Assembly: GCA_041596515.1 (NCBI GenBank)
Contig: JBFHIJ010000006.1
Coordinates: 11,845-75,844 of the forward strand
Length of the DNA: 64,000 nt
Direction of reading: 5' to 3'
Source of the DNA: Chlorobiota bacterium
Lineage (GTDB): Bacteria; Bacteroidota; Ignavibacteria; Kapaibacteriales; UBA2268
In this document: positions 61,565-64,000 of the stretch, piece after piece
How the letters are laid out: every line of letters begins with the position of its first letter
How positions within the stretch are numbered: position 1 is the first letter of the stretch
Made by a program: the position numbers and the translations under genes
The notes under the pieces: model-generated
The model's database searches: none
What the model was told of the DNA's origin: nothing
The model's input: only the letters and a program-made list of their open reading frames with translations

Positions 61565-61732
61565 AAAAGAAATAAAGTAATGTTCTATTCTAATTGATTC
61601 AAAATAATTTTTAGAAACAAACCTTTGTATTATTTTTTACCTGACAGGAACACTCAATTTTACTATACAATATTTGTTAGTAAAATTAATGACATGGTTC
61701 AATATTTTATACCCAATGTAAGGTAAAATGTT

Positions 61733-64000
61733 ATGGGAATTTTCAAAAAAACAGGCATTTCTATAAAAATAAGCTTGCCTTTTATTCTGGTTACAATTGC
61801 AATGTACTTTGCTTTGGATTATTATTTAATGCCTAAAGTTGAGGAGGTATTAATCCAAGATGTACAAGAATCATTAGTTGATGTAAGTAGTATTCCTATT
61901 TCGATGATAGAGAAAACTAAATCAAAAAATAAAGATGATGAAGATAAAATAGATAATGTATATCAAGATGTACTTAATAATTTGTCTGAAATATCATATC
62001 ATACAGGCAATGGTATTTATGTTATCAATGATACAAAGATTATCTCTTCTCCTCAAAATGAATATACAGGACAGGAAGTTCTTAGTTACAAAGATGTGGA
62101 TGGCATTGCTATCTTGGCAAAAATGGCGAATGATGTTAGAAATAATAAATCTATGTATACAAAATATACTATTGCTAAAGGTGACACCGTAGTCGAAAAA
62201 ATTGCTTATGCACATCTTGATAAAGATTTGGGATGGGTTGTAATAGCTGATTATGATTTAGATTCTTACAACTCTAAGAGGGCTGGTCTTCATACTTTGT
62301 TACTCTTCTTTGTACTTGGTAGTATTATATTTTTGAACATAGCTTTGATATTTATTGGACGTATTTCCGTTGTTAATCCTCTGAAAAAACTTAAAAAAAT
62401 GGCTGAGGATATAACAAGTGGTCAACTCGAAATAGATAGAGAAATCAAGGGTAACGATGAAGTTTCTGATGTGCAGCGAGCATTTGTTAAAGTTTCAGTT
62501 ACACTAGACGAAATGAATCAACAAGTACAGGCACTTGTTCAGGCTTCTAAAATGGGAAAATTGGATTATAGAGCGAGTTCTGATAAACTGCAAGGTGCAT
62601 ATTCTGAAATCATAGACGGTATGAACCAAAGTGTTGATACTTTTATTCGACCTCTTAATCTTGCTGCTGAATATATAGATCGAATAAGTAAAGGTGACTT
62701 ACCTCAGAAGATAGAAGATGAGTTCCGAGGAGACTTTGCAGAGATAATAAATAACATTAACACATGTATCGATTCAATTAATCGGTTAGTTTTAGATGCC
62801 AATACTCTAAATCATGTAGCTGAAGAAGGTAAATTAGACGTACGAGCAGATGAATCACTCCATAATGGCGATTATCGCAAAATTATCACAGGAATGAATA
62901 AGACTTTAGATAACGTAGTAGAACCATTTGAAACAGCAATTGACTTTATAGACAGAGCAAGTAGGGGTGATGAGTTACTTGAAGTAACTAAAGACTATAA
63001 AGGCATATATGGAGATTTAAAAACCAGGATTAATCGCCTACGAGAGGTGCTATACAAATTAGTATTTACAATGATGGATCAGTCAGAAGCAACTCTTAAC
63101 GGTCGCTTAGATGTACGTGCAGATTTAACCGGATTAGAAGGCGAATGGTTAAATATTTTTGGGAACTTCAATAAGTCACTTGATGCAGTAATTGGCCCGC
63201 TAAACTTATCAGCCGAATATATAGACAGAATAAGTAAAGGGGACATACCACCTAAGATAGAAGATGACATGAAAGGTGATTTCAACGAAATTAAAAATAA
63301 TCTGAATATGTGCATAGATTCCATCAACAAACTTGTATCAGATGCAAATGTACTGAACCAATCTGCAGAAGATGGCAAGTTGGATGTAAGAGCGGATGAG
63401 ATGTTGCATAATGGCGATTATCGCAAAATTATCACAGGAATGAATAGGACTTTAGATAACGTAGTAGAGCCATTTGAAACAGCTATTGACTTTATTGACA
63501 GAGCAAGTAGGGGTGATGAGTTACTTGAAGTAACTAAAGACTATAAAGGCATATATGGAGATTTGAAAACAAGGATTAATCGCCTACGAGAGGTGCTATA
63601 CAAATTAGTATTTACAATGATGGATCAGTCAGAAGCAACTCTTAACGGTCGCTTAGATGTACGCGCAGATTTAACCGGATTAGAAGGCGAATGGTTAAAT
63701 ATTTTTGGGAACTTCAATAAGTCACTTGATGCAGTAATTGGCCCGCTAAACTTATCAGCCGAATATATAGACAGAATAAGTAAAGGGGATATACCACCGA
63801 AGATAGAAGATGACATGAAAGGTGATTTCAACGAAATTAAAAATAATCTGAATATGTGCATAGACACATTAAATAATATGCACAATTCCTTGTTTACTAC
63901 TATAAAACTTCAAAAATTGGGTACAACTAGTAGTAGATGTGATTTAACCGGAATGAGCGGAATCTATCGAGATTTGATGGGCGGCATTAACGAGGTATTA
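61733..64000 (+). CDS. transmembrane sensor with a periplasmic domain and a poly-HAMP array (output domain lies beyond the window); 5' part only
   Basis: TM1, ~160-aa extracytoplasmic region, TM2, then repeating HAMP-like units (ISKGD.P.KIED...GDF.EI.NN.N.CID and GKLDVRAD...GDYRKIITGMN.TLD). The frame stays open to the window end. It is missing from the ORF track because no stop lies in the window. Confidence 0.7.
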   Translation, partial: MGIFKKTGISIKISLPFILVTIAMYFALDYYLMPKVEEVLIQDVQESLVDVSSIPISMIEKTKSKNKDDEDKIDNVYQDVLNNLSEISYHTGNGIYVINDTKIISSPQNEYTGQEVLSYKDVDGIAILAKMANDVRNNKSMYTKYTIAKGDTVVEKIAYAHLDKDLGWVVIADYDLDSYNSKRAGLHTLLLFFVLGSIIFLNIALIFIGRISVVNPLKKLKKMAEDITSGQLEIDREIKGNDEVSDVQRAFVKVSVTLDEMNQQVQALVQASKMGKLDYRASSDKLQGAYSEIIDGMNQSVDTFIRPLNLAAEYIDRISKGDLPQKIEDEFRGDFAEIINNINTCIDSINRLVLDANTLNHVAEEGKLDVRADESLHNGDYRKIITGMNKTLDNVVEPFETAIDFIDRASRGDELLEVTKDYKGIYGDLKTRINRLREVLYKLVFTMMDQSEATLNGRLDVRADLTGLEGEWLNIFGNFNKSLDAVIGPLNLSAEYIDRISKGDIPPKIEDDMKGDFNEIKNNLNMCIDSINKLVSDANVLNQSAEDGKLDVRADEMLHNGDYRKIITGMNRTLDNVVEPFETAIDFIDRASRGDELLEVTKDYKGIYGDLKTRINRLREVLYKLVFTMMDQSEATLNGRLDVRADLTGLEGEWLNIFGNFNKSLDAVIGPLNLSAEYIDRISKGDIPPKIEDDMKGDFNEIKNNLNMCIDTLNNMHNSLFTTIKLQKLGTTSSRCDLTGMSGIYRDLMGGINEVL
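62861..63952 (+). repeat. tandem in-frame 546-bp duplication (two ~98% identical di-HAMP units) inside the sensor gene
   Basis: The same anchors recur at +546: cataatggcgattatcgc at 62861 and 63407, and cgcctacgagaggtgctatac at 63035 and 63581. There are about 9 mismatches across a ~458-bp core. Confidence 0.85.

Noticed and set aside
63079-63885. Two near-identical minus-strand ORFs (99 and 86 aa) at 63079..63378 and 63625..63885
   Set aside because: Both sit antisense inside the plus-strand poly-HAMP sensor gene. They are duplicates of each other only because they fall within the 546-bp tandem repeat.
62315-63952. CRISPR-like regular repeats
   Set aside because: The periodic repeats are 546 bp, in frame and protein-coding (HAMP units). 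They are not short direct repeats with unique spacers. No CRISPR array or cas genes were seen anywhere in the window.

Overview
This is a low-GC (~35%) chromosomal segment. Two secreted proteins carry T9SS (Por) C-terminal sorting domains and TAnnTTTG-type promoter motifs occur upstream of several genes, which points to a bacterium of the Bacteroidota/Ignavibacteriota (FCB) group.

Most of the window is ordinary housekeeping sequence. Recognisable genes include tyrosine phenol-lyase/tryptophanase-family lyase, truA, pyrF, mtaB, a split hldE (kinase and adenylyltransferase as separate ORFs), pbpC, PBP4/dacB, htpG, queA, methylmalonyl-CoA mutase small and large subunits, hbd, a YhdH/AcuI-type oxidoreductase, MscS, TatD, a TauE/SafE exporter, and several response regulators and sensor kinases.

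Four things stand out as accessory or unusual:

1. Two independent loci show short single-gene cassettes inserted at the 3' end of a conserved gene, each bracketed by reiterated copies of that gene's last codons. Downstream of the thioredoxin/NHL gene the inserted cassette is an Mrr type IV restriction enzyme. Downstream of pbpC there are two stacked cassettes (a lipoprotein and a 516-aa protein). No integrase is present in the window. This looks like an undescribed 3'-end-targeting cassette acquisition system, or integrase-less satellite cassettes mobilised in trans.

2. A complete archaic (sigma/Csu-type) chaperone-usher pilus operon is present. It has three pilin-like genes whose products end in motifs like the C-terminus of Acinetobacter CsuA/B (SCPU family), then a PapD-like chaperone and an usher. 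Hairpins sit between the pilin genes. A divergent pair of response regulators lies upstream and a PIN-domain toxin-antitoxin-like pair lies downstream.

3. The TatD ORF runs with no stop codon into an outer-membrane beta-barrel protein that has its own internal signal peptide.

4. A poly-HAMP transmembrane sensor runs off the right edge of the window. It is built from 546-bp repeat units, and the last two units are ~98% identical, which indicates a recent in-frame duplication.

The ORF track lists only ORFs complete within the window, so two genes that run off the edges were recovered by hand: a minus-strand gene at 1..327 and the plus-strand sensor from 61733.
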